From NCBI GenBank assembly GCA_965197745.1, contig CBDANS010000007.1:1440001-1504000 (forward strand): a stretch of 64,000 bases of DNA, given 5' to 3'. Both the position numbers and the translations under genes were made by a program. Origin of the DNA: Opitutales bacterium (GTDB taxonomy: Bacteria > Verrucomicrobiota > Verrucomicrobiia > Opitutales > PNEW01). Shown here piece by piece: positions 1 through 10,272 of this stretch (position 1 is the stretch's first letter; every line of letters begins with the position of its first letter). The notes under the pieces were generated by a model. It saw only the letters and a program-made list of their open reading frames with translations, made no database searches and was not told the origin of the DNA.

Positions 1-798
1 CACATCCTTGAAATTAATGGTCGGGCGCATCGATCCGAGGAAGTCTACCGCGCCTACGAATACGCCAGGTCTCTCAGCTACAAGCAAATTAACATCGATC
101 TCATTGCCGGTATGGTAGGCGAAACCGATGATAATTGGAAACAGTGTATGAGGAAGACGCTCGAATTGAAACCTGACTGCGTCACCCTATACCAGATGGA
201 AATTCCCTATAACACCACCATCTTCAAAGAAATGGAATCAGAGGGAAGGGAAGTAGCGCCCATTGCCAATTGGAAAACCAAACGGGATTGGGTGAAATAT
301 GGATTCGAGCAACTTGAAAAAGCAGGTTATACTATAACCAGCGGATACACGGCGGTCAGTGACCCTCAAAAAACGCAGTTCGTATATCGTGATAAATTAT
401 GGACAGGGGCTGATCTTCTTTCTTTAGGGGTTGCTTCCTTTGGTCATCTCGGAGGTGTCCATTACCAGAACATCACCCAGTTTGATAAATATGTAATGGA
501 GATGGAGCAGGGAAAATTGCCAATCACCCGTGCCCTTGTTATCACTCCAGAAGAAAAGATGATTCGTGAATTAATTCTTCAACTGAAACTGGGCAGGGTC
601 AGCCGTTCCTACTTTAATAATAAATTCGGCATTGATCTCAATGAGCTGTTTAAAGCGGAGCTTGACATTTTGCAGAATCGGGGATGGCTGAAAACAGAGG
701 GAGAGCTTATAATTCTCACGCGTGATGCTCTTCTCCGCGTTGATTCCCTGCTACACAATTTCTTTCTCCCTAAACACAAGAACGCTCGTTATACATAA
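1..798 (+). CDS. HemN/coproporphyrinogen III oxidase-like radical SAM protein, C-terminal part (starts upstream of window)
   Basis: Frame open from the window start; ...NIDLIAGM..., LSLGVASFG and HemN_C-like tail; CxxxCxxC motif lies outside the window. Confidence 0.8.
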   Translation, partial: HILEINGRAHRSEEVYRAYEYARSLSYKQINIDLIAGMVGETDDNWKQCMRKTLELKPDCVTLYQMEIPYNTTIFKEMESEGREVAPIANWKTKRDWVKYGFEQLEKAGYTITSGYTAVSDPQKTQFVYRDKLWTGADLLSLGVASFGHLGGVHYQNITQFDKYVMEMEQGKLPITRALVITPEEKMIRELILQLKLGRVSRSYFNNKFGIDLNELFKAELDILQNRGWLKTEGELIILTRDALLRVDSLLHNFFLPKHKNARYT

Positions 799-808
799 TC
801 CTATTTCC

Positions 809-1366
809 ATGTCAGGTCTGATCGATGATGGTGATCCCCAATTACTCTATCCACTGTCCCTGTTTTGCGATATCAATAGTAATGAGACTCTCTCCATTCG
901 GGGTATCGCGGATAGTGCACTAGCGGAGCCCTATCGCAGTCTGCTTGCGCATGACAGTGATATGACCACAAAATTGGAGAATTATTATCACGGCTCTATA
1001 GAACTTCTTGTGCTACAATGCAGGACTGAAGACAATTCTCACCGTCGCGAGGTTGTCTTGCGCATGAAGGAAAATAAACAACCGGTAGAATACGGGGCTA
1101 TCGATATCAATTTAGCGGCCTTTAAAGATCCTGTTCGTGGGCAAATACTCGAGGGTCATCGACCTCTGGGGGGGATATTATTAGAACATAAAATCCAGTA
1201 TAAAAGTCAGCCGAAGCTATTTATCGAACTTACATCGAATAAGGTGATAAACAATGCTCTTGGGCTCGCTCGCGCTTCGGTGCTTTATGGGCGAAGCAAT
1301 GTTTTAATAGGAGCATCAGAAGTAACATTGGCGCATATTGTTGAAATTTTGCCACCCTCGAGTTGA
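809..1366 (+). CDS. Chorismate pyruvate-lyase-like (UbiC/DUF98 fold) protein
   Basis: LLAHDSDMT..LE, RREVVL, VEYGAI, ILEG.RPLGGIL, LYGR and IVEILP motifs; ATG at 809 just after the upstream stop. Confidence 0.65.
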   Translation: MSGLIDDGDPQLLYPLSLFCDINSNETLSIRGIADSALAEPYRSLLAHDSDMTTKLENYYHGSIELLVLQCRTEDNSHRREVVLRMKENKQPVEYGAIDINLAAFKDPVRGQILEGHRPLGGILLEHKIQYKSQPKLFIELTSNKVINNALGLARASVLYGRSNVLIGASEVTLAHIVEILPPSS

Positions 1367-1385
1367 ACGGTATCAGTAATGAGAC

Positions 1386-2645
1386 ATGCAAGAAAATCAT
1401 TCATATGATGCCATCGTTATTGGTGGAGGCCCTGCCGGTTCGACCGCCGCTGCGGTTCTCGCAGAGAAAGGACAGGATGTTCTCATGCTCGAAAAAGAAA
1501 AGTTCCCGCGCTATCATATTGGGGAATCCCTTATGCCGTTTTGTTATTTCACTCTTGAGCGTCTCGGTATCATTGATCAGCTGAAACAATCAGCCTTTCC
1601 CAAAAAATACAGCGTTCAGTTCGTGCGCGAAGACGGCGAAGTATCTCAACCTTTTTACTTTTTCCAGCACTTTGATCATGAAGCTTCAACTACCTGGCAG
1701 GTTTTAAGGTCTGAATTTGACTTGATGCTCTTAGACAATGCCCGTCGCCATGGCACGGAAGTGCGCGAGCAGACAGCGGTGAAAAGCCTGATAAAAAAAG
1801 ACGGGGCTGTTGTGGGAGTAGAAGCCGTAACCGGCAATGGCCCAATGTGTGAATTTAGAGCGCCGGTTACGATTGATGCATCAGGTCGCGATTGTTTAAG
1901 CGCGGTTAAGGAAAAATGGAGACTGCGCGACCCGCAACTCAACAAAATTTCTATATGGACCTATTACCGTGGGGCCAAGCGTGATCCCGGCCTCGATGCG
2001 GGTGCCACTACTATCGCATACATTGCTGATAAAGGCTGGTTCTGGTATATTCCGATGTCAGATGATTGCGTGAGCGTGGGGGTTGTTGCGGAAAGAGAAT
2101 ACCTCTATGAAAATACACGCGACTTGAAATCTATTTTTGAACGCGAGGTTGAAAACAATTCCTGGATTAAAGACCACCTGGAGTGTGGAGTGCAAACTGG
2201 TCCTTACTTCGTGACGGGAGAATACTCTTACCGATCAAAATACTGTGCGGCCGATGGGCTCGTTCTTGTCGGCGATGCCTTTGCATTTTTAGATCCTGTT
2301 TTTTCTTCGGGGGTGTTCCTCGCCTTATGGAGTGGAGAAATGGCCGGGCACGCGGTTAATTCCGCCTTGGCAGCGGGTGATTGTTCAGGCGCCCGTTTCA
2401 CTGAATACGGTGAAAATCTCTGTCGTGGCATTGAAGCGATGCGCAAACTCGTATACGCCTTTTATGATATCAACTTTAGTTTCGGTAAACTTCTCAGACA
2501 ATATCCTCATTTGCGTGGAAGACTTACCGACTGTTTAATCGGTGATCTTTTTGATAAGGATTTTGGTGAGCTCTTTTCCGTCATTGAAAAAATGGCAAAG
2601 CTCCCTGAATCGCTTGACTACGGTCAGATGCCCGCGAATCTATGA
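1386..2645 (+). CDS. Flavin-dependent halogenase-family FAD oxidoreductase
   Basis: GGGPAG FAD motif, FPRYHIGESL, Lys in FPKK, WFWYIP (WxWxIP), GDAFAFLDPVFSSG. Confidence 0.8.
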   Translation: MQENHSYDAIVIGGGPAGSTAAAVLAEKGQDVLMLEKEKFPRYHIGESLMPFCYFTLERLGIIDQLKQSAFPKKYSVQFVREDGEVSQPFYFFQHFDHEASTTWQVLRSEFDLMLLDNARRHGTEVREQTAVKSLIKKDGAVVGVEAVTGNGPMCEFRAPVTIDASGRDCLSAVKEKWRLRDPQLNKISIWTYYRGAKRDPGLDAGATTIAYIADKGWFWYIPMSDDCVSVGVVAEREYLYENTRDLKSIFEREVENNSWIKDHLECGVQTGPYFVTGEYSYRSKYCAADGLVLVGDAFAFLDPVFSSGVFLALWSGEMAGHAVNSALAAGDCSGARFTEYGENLCRGIEAMRKLVYAFYDINFSFGKLLRQYPHLRGRLTDCLIGDLFDKDFGELFSVIEKMAKLPESLDYGQMPANL

Positions 2646-3940
2646 ACATTGTATTTCTTACCCCGGGGACGGGCAGTTATTATTGTGGTGTTTGCATGCG
2701 AGATAATGCCCTGGTATCCGCATTAAGACAACGGGGCCACGATGCAATTATGCTGCCGATTTACCTTCCGATTGTTACTGACGAACCCTCAGAAAGTAAT
2801 GAAATGCCCCTGTTTTTCGGAGGTATTAATGTTTATCTTCAACAGAAGTTCTCCTTCTTTCGTAATACCCCCCTCTGGATAGACAACTTGTTTAACAACC
2901 GAAGCTTGCTTAAATTAGCCAGTCATCGAAGTGGCATGACCCGGGGCGCCGATTTGGGAGCGATGACTGTTTCCATGCTTGAAGGTGATGATGGTCGACA
3001 AGCAAAAGAAATTAACAAACTTGTAAATTGGCTGAGAGAGCAGAAAAAACCGGATGTCATCTGCCTCTCCACTGCCTTGCAAGTGGGAATGGCGAGACAG
3101 ATAAAAAAAGATCTATCCGTGCCTGTTATTTGCTTTTTCCAGGGAGAAGACACTTTTCTTAATTCTTTTACTCAACCTTTCAGCGAGAAGGCCTGGATGA
3201 TACTCCGCGATCGCGTAAAAGACATTGATGGTTTCGTAGCCCCCAGTAACTATTTTGCTCAATTGATGAAGGAACGATTGCAGCTTAGTGAAGATCAGAT
3301 ACGCACTATTCCAAATGGAATCAATCTGGATGGGTTTTCGCCATCCTCCTCATTACCTGATCTTCCCGTCATTGGTTATCTGGCAAAAATGATGGAAAGT
3401 AAAGGGCTGGGTTTGCTTATCGACGCGTTCATTTTACTGAAAAAACGTGCGAATGGTAAGCATAGCAAGTTGCGGGTTGCAGGAGCTGTAACACCAAGTG
3501 ACAAAGCGTTTATTGAACAACAGAAACAGAAATTAAAAAAAGCCGGTTTAATTGCAGAAGTGGAGTTTATTCCCAATATTGATCGGAAATCTAAAATCGA
3601 ATTTTTAAATAAACTTACCATTTTTTCTGTTCCAGCCACTTACGGAGAGGCCTTTGGGTTATACTTAATTGAGGCTTTGGCGACAGGTGTCCCGGTGGTC
3701 CAGCCCCGTCATGCGGCGTTTCCTGAACTGATCGAGGCTACGGGCGGGGGCCGGCTCTGTGAACCAGACGATCCTGTATCGCTGGCTGACCATTGGGAGG
3801 CATTATTGGGCAACCCGGAAGAGGCCCGAACAATGGGACTCCGGGGACGCCAATCAGTGATTGATAAATATTCAATCTCGCGTATGGCTAATATTTTTGA
3901 AATGAGCTGCAAAGAAATAATAGAACCCGCGGTGGATTGA
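2642..3940 (+). CDS. Glycosyltransferase family 4
   Basis: GT-B signatures IPNGINL, KGL and EAFGLYLIEALATGVPVV; ATGA overlap with the halogenase. Confidence 0.9.
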   Translation: MNIVFLTPGTGSYYCGVCMRDNALVSALRQRGHDAIMLPIYLPIVTDEPSESNEMPLFFGGINVYLQQKFSFFRNTPLWIDNLFNNRSLLKLASHRSGMTRGADLGAMTVSMLEGDDGRQAKEINKLVNWLREQKKPDVICLSTALQVGMARQIKKDLSVPVICFFQGEDTFLNSFTQPFSEKAWMILRDRVKDIDGFVAPSNYFAQLMKERLQLSEDQIRTIPNGINLDGFSPSSSLPDLPVIGYLAKMMESKGLGLLIDAFILLKKRANGKHSKLRVAGAVTPSDKAFIEQQKQKLKKAGLIAEVEFIPNIDRKSKIEFLNKLTIFSVPATYGEAFGLYLIEALATGVPVVQPRHAAFPELIEATGGGRLCEPDDPVSLADHWEALLGNPEEARTMGLRGRQSVIDKYSISRMANIFEMSCKEIIEPAVD

Positions 3941-4386
3941 TGGCTTACGAATTTAAATTGAAACGACAGGTCGAATTCGCCGAGACAGACATGGCCGGGA
4001 TCATGCATTTTTCGAATTTCTTTCGCTACATGGAAGAAACCGAGCACGCTTTTTTTCGATCACTTGGGATCTCAGTGCACCAGAAATCCGACAGTCAGAT
4101 TGTCGGTTGGCCTCGTGTGAATGCCAGTTGTGAGTATTCACACCCGTTGAAGTTCGAAGAAAATGTGGAAATTCATTTACTGGTTGTAGAAATTCGCCGA
4201 AGTTCGATTACCTATTATTTCCATTTTCGTAAATTGGCTGGCGATGAGAGAGTTGATGTGGCTCGGGGAAGGATCACGACTATTTGTGCCCGTTTGAATA
4301 CGAAGAATGGTGAATTGGAAACCATTGCTATTCCCCCTGAAATTCTTGAAAAAATTGACACCGTGCCTCCTGAATTGCTCGGGTGA
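3937..4386 (+). CDS. Hot-dog fold acyl-CoA thioesterase (4-hydroxybenzoyl-CoA thioesterase family)
   Basis: VEFAETDMAGIMHFSNFFRYME motif. Confidence 0.88.
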   Translation: MMAYEFKLKRQVEFAETDMAGIMHFSNFFRYMEETEHAFFRSLGISVHQKSDSQIVGWPRVNASCEYSHPLKFEENVEIHLLVVEIRRSSITYYFHFRKLAGDERVDVARGRITTICARLNTKNGELETIAIPPEILEKIDTVPPELLG

Positions 4387-4420
4387 AAGCTGAACTATAC
4401 TATCTTTATCAAATAATATA

Positions 4421-4963
4421 ATGAAAATTAAAAATGGAGTAAGACCTAATATGAATTGGTTATTCTTTGCCTTAATGACGGTGCTTTTTTGGGGAATATA
4501 CGGAGTTTTTCTGCACTCCGGTCAAATGAATATGGCTGATCCAGAGAACGGGCGTTACAAAGCGTTTTTGTTTGTGGGAATCGCCTATTTTTTTGCCGCA
4601 ATTATCGCTCCGATAATATTGCTTTTAATTAATGATGCCTCCTGGTCGTTTCCCGGAAAAGGTGTATTCTGGTCATTAATTGCCGGGGTAACCGGTGCGA
4701 TCGGAGCCTTTTGCGTCCTTCTCGCTTTCGGAGCGAAAGGATCTCCCAGTGTGGTCATGGCTATCGTCTTTGCGGGTGCTCCCATTGTGAATGCTCTCGT
4801 AGCTCTGCTCTGGCATCCACCTTCGGGTGGGTGGGGAGCTATTCGTTGGCCTTTTTATCTGGGTATTCTGTTAGCCGCATTGGGCGGTTGCCTCGTGACT
4901 TTATATAAACCTGCTCCAGCAGTGCATGTAACCAGTAATGCGGTTGAGCAAGGGCAAAAGTGA
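4421..4963 (+). CDS. DMT/EamA-like small membrane protein
   Basis: About 5 hydrophobic helices; WLFFAL..VLFWG.YG start; true start may be the later ATG near 4451. Confidence 0.7.
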   Translation: MKIKNGVRPNMNWLFFALMTVLFWGIYGVFLHSGQMNMADPENGRYKAFLFVGIAYFFAAIIAPIILLLINDASWSFPGKGVFWSLIAGVTGAIGAFCVLLAFGAKGSPSVVMAIVFAGAPIVNALVALLWHPPSGGWGAIRWPFYLGILLAALGGCLVTLYKPAPAVHVTSNAVEQGQK

Positions 4964-6237
4964 CCTCGCAGGATAGTCAACTTAAACAGCTTCAAGCCTT
5001 GCTAAAGGGGCTGGTCCCTACGAACAGTTTTTACTCCCAACGCCTGCACGATGCCGGTATTGATGAGTCGATTGGCAGCCTTGAGGATTTTTCTCAACGC
5101 ATGCCTTTCACCTATAAGTCAGAGATCGTTGAGGACCAGTCGAAATGCCCGCCCTATGGTTCAAATTTAACATTTCCCCTTGATCAATACACCCGTTTTA
5201 ACCAGACGAGTGCCACAAGGGGAAACCCGATGATTTGGCTGGACACCCAGGAGAGCTGGGAATGGATGCTAGCTAATTGGTCGGTAATCTACGCGAAGGC
5301 CGGTGTCGAACCGGGCGATAGATTATATTTTGCTTTTTCCTTTGGTCCTTTTCTCGGATTTTGGACCGCATTTGAATCAGCGACAAGGTTTGGCTGTTTA
5401 TGTATTCCGGGAGGGGGTCTGAGCAGCGTAGCAAGGATAAATGCGATCATTCAACATAAGGTGAAGTTTCTTTGCTGCACACCTACTTATGCGTTGCATT
5501 TAGCTGAAGTAGCCGTTGCCGAGAATATCAATCTGAAGGACTCAACCGTTGAAACCATAATTGTCGCGGGTGAACCGGGCGGCAGTTTGCCCCATGTCTG
5601 CGATCGCGTCACTGAATTATGGAATGGCGCTCATATGTTTGATCATTACGGGATGACTGAAGTCGGACCTGTGGCATATGAGGATCATGAGCGCGAGGGA
5701 ATAATGCGTATCATTGAAAGCAGCTACTTTGTCGAAGTTGTAAACTCACAAACCGGTAAAACCGACCAATCCGGTGAAGTGGGTGAGCTGGTCTTAACGA
5801 CCCTGGGCCGGTTGGGGTCACCACTATTGCGCTATCGAACCGGTGATTTAGTTAAGCCCATTAAAATGGAAGAGAAAGGAAGTTCAGGAATAGCCCTGGA
5901 GAAAGGTATTCTTGGACGTGCCGACGACATGATCGTGGTGCGTGGGGTTAACCTCTATCCTAGCGCGGTCGACGATGTCATAAGATCGTGTCAGGATATT
6001 GTCGAATATCGCGTGAACATAAGTCGCCTTGAGTCTCTTTTGGAGGTATCGATCGAAGTGGAACTGGATAAGCATACAAAAAGCATGGATCCCGTGCGCC
6101 ATATAGAAAATGCTTTAAAGACTGCTTTTTCTCTCCGCATTCCGGTAATGATAGTAGAGCCCGGGTTACTTCCACGCTTTGAGATGAAAGCTCAGCGCTG
6201 GCAGTACCCGGACCCGGATAACCCGAGGGGAGCGTAA
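4960..6237 (+). CDS. Phenylacetate-CoA ligase (PaaK)-like aryl-CoA ligase
   Basis: TSATRG P-loop, AGEPG, DHYGMTE, RYRTGD, GRADDMIVVRGVNLYP, KAQR. Confidence 0.88.
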   Translation: MTSQDSQLKQLQALLKGLVPTNSFYSQRLHDAGIDESIGSLEDFSQRMPFTYKSEIVEDQSKCPPYGSNLTFPLDQYTRFNQTSATRGNPMIWLDTQESWEWMLANWSVIYAKAGVEPGDRLYFAFSFGPFLGFWTAFESATRFGCLCIPGGGLSSVARINAIIQHKVKFLCCTPTYALHLAEVAVAENINLKDSTVETIIVAGEPGGSLPHVCDRVTELWNGAHMFDHYGMTEVGPVAYEDHEREGIMRIIESSYFVEVVNSQTGKTDQSGEVGELVLTTLGRLGSPLLRYRTGDLVKPIKMEEKGSSGIALEKGILGRADDMIVVRGVNLYPSAVDDVIRSCQDIVEYRVNISRLESLLEVSIEVELDKHTKSMDPVRHIENALKTAFSLRIPVMIVEPGLLPRFEMKAQRWQYPDPDNPRGA

Positions 6238-6240
6238 ATA

Positions 6241-6936
6241 ATGCTGCTGGAGATTAATAAAGTTGATAAAAGTTACGATGCGCCGAAAGGAGGAGAACGC
6301 ATTGAGGTATTGAAAGGTATTAACCTGACAGTGGATGCTGGCGAAGCCATTGCTATCGTCGGTCCTTCCGGTTCCGGTAAAAGCACCTTGTTGAATATCA
6401 TAGGTGGTTTAGACTGGCAGACGTCCGGGCAGTTACTGATCGAGGGGCAGAATATTTTACATTTTAATGAAAGGGAGTTGGCCTCTTTCCGCAATAGAAC
6501 AGTGGGTTTTGTTTTTCAGTTACATCACTTGCTGCCACAATGCAGCATACTGGAAAATGTTTTGATTCCCTCGATTGCCCGTAAGGGCTCCCTTGACCGT
6601 GAAAAAATAATACAGCGTGCGGAGCACTTGCTCGAAGCGGTTCATTTAGAGCATCGCCTCACCCATCGGCCGGGAGAGCTTTCGGGCGGCGAACGTCAAC
6701 GCGCCGCGGTAGCGCGGGCGCTTATAAATGATCCCAAACTTCTCCTTGCCGATGAACCTACCGGTTCACTCGATAGAGAATTTTCAGAAAGTATGATCGA
6801 ACTTCTAACTGAATTAAATCGAAGTATGAAAGTAGCATTGATCATGGTTACTCATGCCGCCGATCTCGCCGCACGCATGCAGCGTGTTTTTGCATTGGAA
6901 GACGGCAAGTTGAATCTTCAGGACATTAATCCATGA
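6241..6936 (+). CDS. ABC transporter ATP-binding protein (LolD/MacB-like)
   Basis: GPSGSGKST, LSGGERQR, LLLADEPTG, VTH. Confidence 0.95.
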   Translation: MLLEINKVDKSYDAPKGGERIEVLKGINLTVDAGEAIAIVGPSGSGKSTLLNIIGGLDWQTSGQLLIEGQNILHFNERELASFRNRTVGFVFQLHHLLPQCSILENVLIPSIARKGSLDREKIIQRAEHLLEAVHLEHRLTHRPGELSGGERQRAAVARALINDPKLLLADEPTGSLDREFSESMIELLTELNRSMKVALIMVTHAADLAARMQRVFALEDGKLNLQDINP

Positions 6937-9900
6937 GCTCATGGACGATCGTTTGGCGTAGCCTGCTTTATTATAGGCGCACCCATTTAGGAGTAATCCT
7001 CGGAACGGCGTTAAGCGCGATGGTTCTCATTGGCGCGCTGTTAGTTGGTGACTCCGTAAAATCTACCCTTAAGGAACTGGCGCTGTTACGTATTGGAGAG
7101 ATCGATGCATCCCTCTATTCTTCTGACCGTTATTTTCGAGAAGATCTGGCTGATGATTTGAAATTAGCCTGGGAGGAAGCGGTCACGATTGCTCCCGCTG
7201 TCATGCTGCAAGGGAATGTTACGACACCCGACAGGGCCAGTCGCGCAAATGATGTACAAATACTGGGAGTCGACAATCGGTTTTGGCAGCTTTCTCCCTC
7301 GGGTAAATCACAACCTTTTACTTCGTTAAATGAAATACATATAAACACAAAGCTGGCCACTAAACTGGATGTCGCGCCAGGTGATACCTTGGTCTTGCGT
7401 GTAGAGAAGCCGGGGAATCTTTCACGCGATGCTCCCTTGTCAGGAGCTCATGATTCGATAATTGCTATTCGCGGGGTAATTAAGTCGGTTGTCTCAGATG
7501 AAGATTTTGGCCGATTCGGTCTACAAGCGAGCCAGATCCCATCCCCTAATGTTTACCTGTCGCTTCCACTGATTCAAGAAAGATTAGACTTAAAAAAGAA
7601 AGCAAACATGCTCTTGGTGGGGAGTCCCGGAAGTCATTCCATTACCGCAGATCGAGTTAATCTCATACTGCAGAAACAATGGCAGCTGGAGGATATGAGC
7701 TTAAGTATTCGTGAGCTGATGCCAGCCAGGGGATGGGAGCTTCGATCAAATCAGGTATTTCTCGATCCTTCTATTACTCGGGCGGTGCACGCCATACTCC
7801 CCAATCGCACCGATGTTCTGACTTATTTTGTAAACGAAATTCGCACTCGTGATCGAGTCACGCCTTATTCTTTTGTCACCGCCTTTAATCCAACTGTGAA
7901 CAGTTTTATACCGGATGAATTAGGGGAGGATGAAATTATTATTAACCAGTGGCTGGCCGATGACCTCGATGTGAAAATTGGTGAGTCGATCGAACTGCGT
8001 TACTATGTCGTGGGTGAACGGCGGAATCTTGTAGAGCGCTTGCGTCAATTTCAAGTGCGTCATATCCTCCCTATGACTCATCCTGGCATCAACCTTTCGT
8101 GGATGCCCGATTTCCCTGGACTGGCAGACGCAGAAAATTGTCGCGACTGGGAACCGGGTATTCCCATAGAATTGGATCGCATCCGAGACAAAGATGAAAC
8201 GTATTGGGACCAATACCGCGGTACACCCAAAGCCTTCATAAATCTTTCAAGGGGACAGGAAATGTGGTCAAATCGTTGGGGGAATTTAACAGCCATCCGC
8301 TATCAACAGGAGATTATAACGCGTGAAATATTTACTGCTTCTCTTCGAGACCAGATGGATATCACTCGAGTCGGATTATATTTTATTCCTCTTCGTGAGG
8401 AGACACTTGCTGCGACCCAATCTCCCATTGATTTTGGACAACTGTTTATTGGCTTCAGTTTCTTTATAATAACAGCTTCAGCCGTGCTTACGGGTCTGTT
8501 ATTTGTTTTTTCGGTGGAACAGCGAAATCACGAAACAGGATTATTACTGGCCGTGGGGTTTCGGGGCAAAGAGACGGGTCAACTAATCTTACGGGAAGGG
8601 GCCATCCTGAGTGTGATCGGCAGTTTGATTGGTGCGGGTGCGGCTGTAATATACACCCACATTGTAATTTACGCACTTTCGACGGTATGGCGCGATGCCG
8701 TGGGCGCGGTTGTTTTTTCATTTAAGGCAATGCCCTCAACCATAGGGGGAGGCATTATTTTAAATATAATAATAGCGCTCTTTGTTATGTGGCTTGCCAG
8801 TCGTAAGCAATTGCGTCGACCCGTAAGTCAACTATTAGGAGCCGAAGGGCTTTATGAGCAATTGGATTCGAGAGGGACAAAGATTCATAATCGAAGAGCC
8901 ATTATGATAAGTGTTCTATCTTTTCTGCTCGCTCTCTCAATAATCTACCTTGTCGGTGTTATAGGAAAGGGACATGAAGCTGAGATATTTTTTGGCGCAG
9001 GCAGTTTATTATTAATTTCCGGAGTCGCTTTATTTTCTGCGTGGTTGGGGAGGATATCACAATCAGGTGGGGGGGTGTCAGGTATCTCCCATCTCGGGCA
9101 ACTGAACGTGACGCGGCGACGCGGGCGCAGCCTGGCCACTACGGCAGTACTCGCTTGTGGGGTCTTTATGGTAGTGGCTGTAAATACTTTTCGTCATGAC
9201 CCATTAAAATCAGCTTCCGAACGCCGTTCGGGAACGGGCGGATTTGCCTTGATTGGGGAATCGACAATACCTGTTTACCACGATCTGAATGAAGCATCCG
9301 TTCACCAATTGTTTGTTCTTAATAAAACGATCATGGAAGGTGTAGCATTTGTGCCTTTCCGTGTTTTGAACGGTGACGATGCCAGTTGTTTAAATTTAAA
9401 TCGCGCGCAAAGACCCAGACTCTTAGGAGTGAAACCCGATGACTTGCATGAACGTGGAGCATTTCGATTTTCATCACTCAGCGAAAGCATCTCACCCGCC
9501 GATGGTTGGCGTATCCTGGAGACTGAAATATCCGACAGAGTAATACCGGCAGTCGCTGATGAGGTCACAGTAAAATGGGCCCTGGGGAAGACGCTGGATG
9601 ATACTTTAACCTTTAAGGATGAACGAGGACAGCCATTCGAGTTACAAATTGCAGGGATTGTTGCCGGTTCAATATTGCAAGGTAACCTGATTATTTCGGA
9701 AGAACAGTTCATTGATAAATTCCCATCGCATTCTGGTTATAAGGCGTTTCTAATTGATACCCCTATAGAAAACGCGGAAACTGTGGTGACGCATCTTGCA
9801 CAATCGCTTGAGAATCTGGGGTTGGAACTGACACCTGCGTGGATTCGTCTTGCGGAATTCCAGAGCATAGAGCACGCCTATATTTCTATCTTCCAAGTCC

Positions 9901-10256
9901 TGGGTGGACTCGGATTGCTCTTGGGCAGCGTTGGATTAGGTGTTGTTGTGGCGCGCAATATGTTGGAGCGCCAGCGTGAGTTTGCTTTGCTCGCAGCCGT
10001 GGGTTTTCGCAAGGGTCTTTTGAGAAGACTTGTTTTTATCGAACACCGGTGGCTTATAGTCTGGGGCCTCCTCATTGGTATTTTGACGGCGCTTGTTGCG
10101 GTGTGGCCAACCCTGCAATCGCGGGGCGCTTACTTTCCTTTCCTGGAGATGGTTATATTAATATTAGCACTTTCTCTAGGGTGTATTCTCTGGACCTGGA
10201 TAGCAGCCTACACAACCTTACGGGGTAGTCTGATCGTCAACTTGAGATCCGAGTAA
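6933..10256 (+). CDS. Large FtsX/MacB-type ABC transporter permease
   Basis: Two FtsX-like TM blocks (EQR..E.GLLLAVGF; ERQREFALLAAVGF) with large periplasmic loops. Confidence 0.9.
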   Translation: MSSWTIVWRSLLYYRRTHLGVILGTALSAMVLIGALLVGDSVKSTLKELALLRIGEIDASLYSSDRYFREDLADDLKLAWEEAVTIAPAVMLQGNVTTPDRASRANDVQILGVDNRFWQLSPSGKSQPFTSLNEIHINTKLATKLDVAPGDTLVLRVEKPGNLSRDAPLSGAHDSIIAIRGVIKSVVSDEDFGRFGLQASQIPSPNVYLSLPLIQERLDLKKKANMLLVGSPGSHSITADRVNLILQKQWQLEDMSLSIRELMPARGWELRSNQVFLDPSITRAVHAILPNRTDVLTYFVNEIRTRDRVTPYSFVTAFNPTVNSFIPDELGEDEIIINQWLADDLDVKIGESIELRYYVVGERRNLVERLRQFQVRHILPMTHPGINLSWMPDFPGLADAENCRDWEPGIPIELDRIRDKDETYWDQYRGTPKAFINLSRGQEMWSNRWGNLTAIRYQQEIITREIFTASLRDQMDITRVGLYFIPLREETLAATQSPIDFGQLFIGFSFFIITASAVLTGLLFVFSVEQRNHETGLLLAVGFRGKETGQLILREGAILSVIGSLIGAGAAVIYTHIVIYALSTVWRDAVGAVVFSFKAMPSTIGGGIILNIIIALFVMWLASRKQLRRPVSQLLGAEGLYEQLDSRGTKIHNRRAIMISVLSFLLALSIIYLVGVIGKGHEAEIFFGAGSLLLISGVALFSAWLGRISQSGGGVSGISHLGQLNVTRRRGRSLATTAVLACGVFMVVAVNTFRHDPLKSASERRSGTGGFALIGESTIPVYHDLNEASVHQLFVLNKTIMEGVAFVPFRVLNGDDASCLNLNRAQRPRLLGVKPDDLHERGAFRFSSLSESISPADGWRILETEISDRVIPAVADEVTVKWALGKTLDDTLTFKDERGQPFELQIAGIVAGSILQGNLIISEEQFIDKFPSHSGYKAFLIDTPIENAETVVTHLAQSLENLGLELTPAWIRLAEFQSIEHAYISIFQVLGGLGLLLGSVGLGVVVARNMLERQREFALLAAVGFRKGLLRRLVFIEHRWLIVWGLLIGILTALVAVWPTLQSRGAYFPFLEMVILILALSLGCILWTWIAAYTTLRGSLIVNLRSE

Positions 10257-10272
10257 ACAATAAGTAATATAA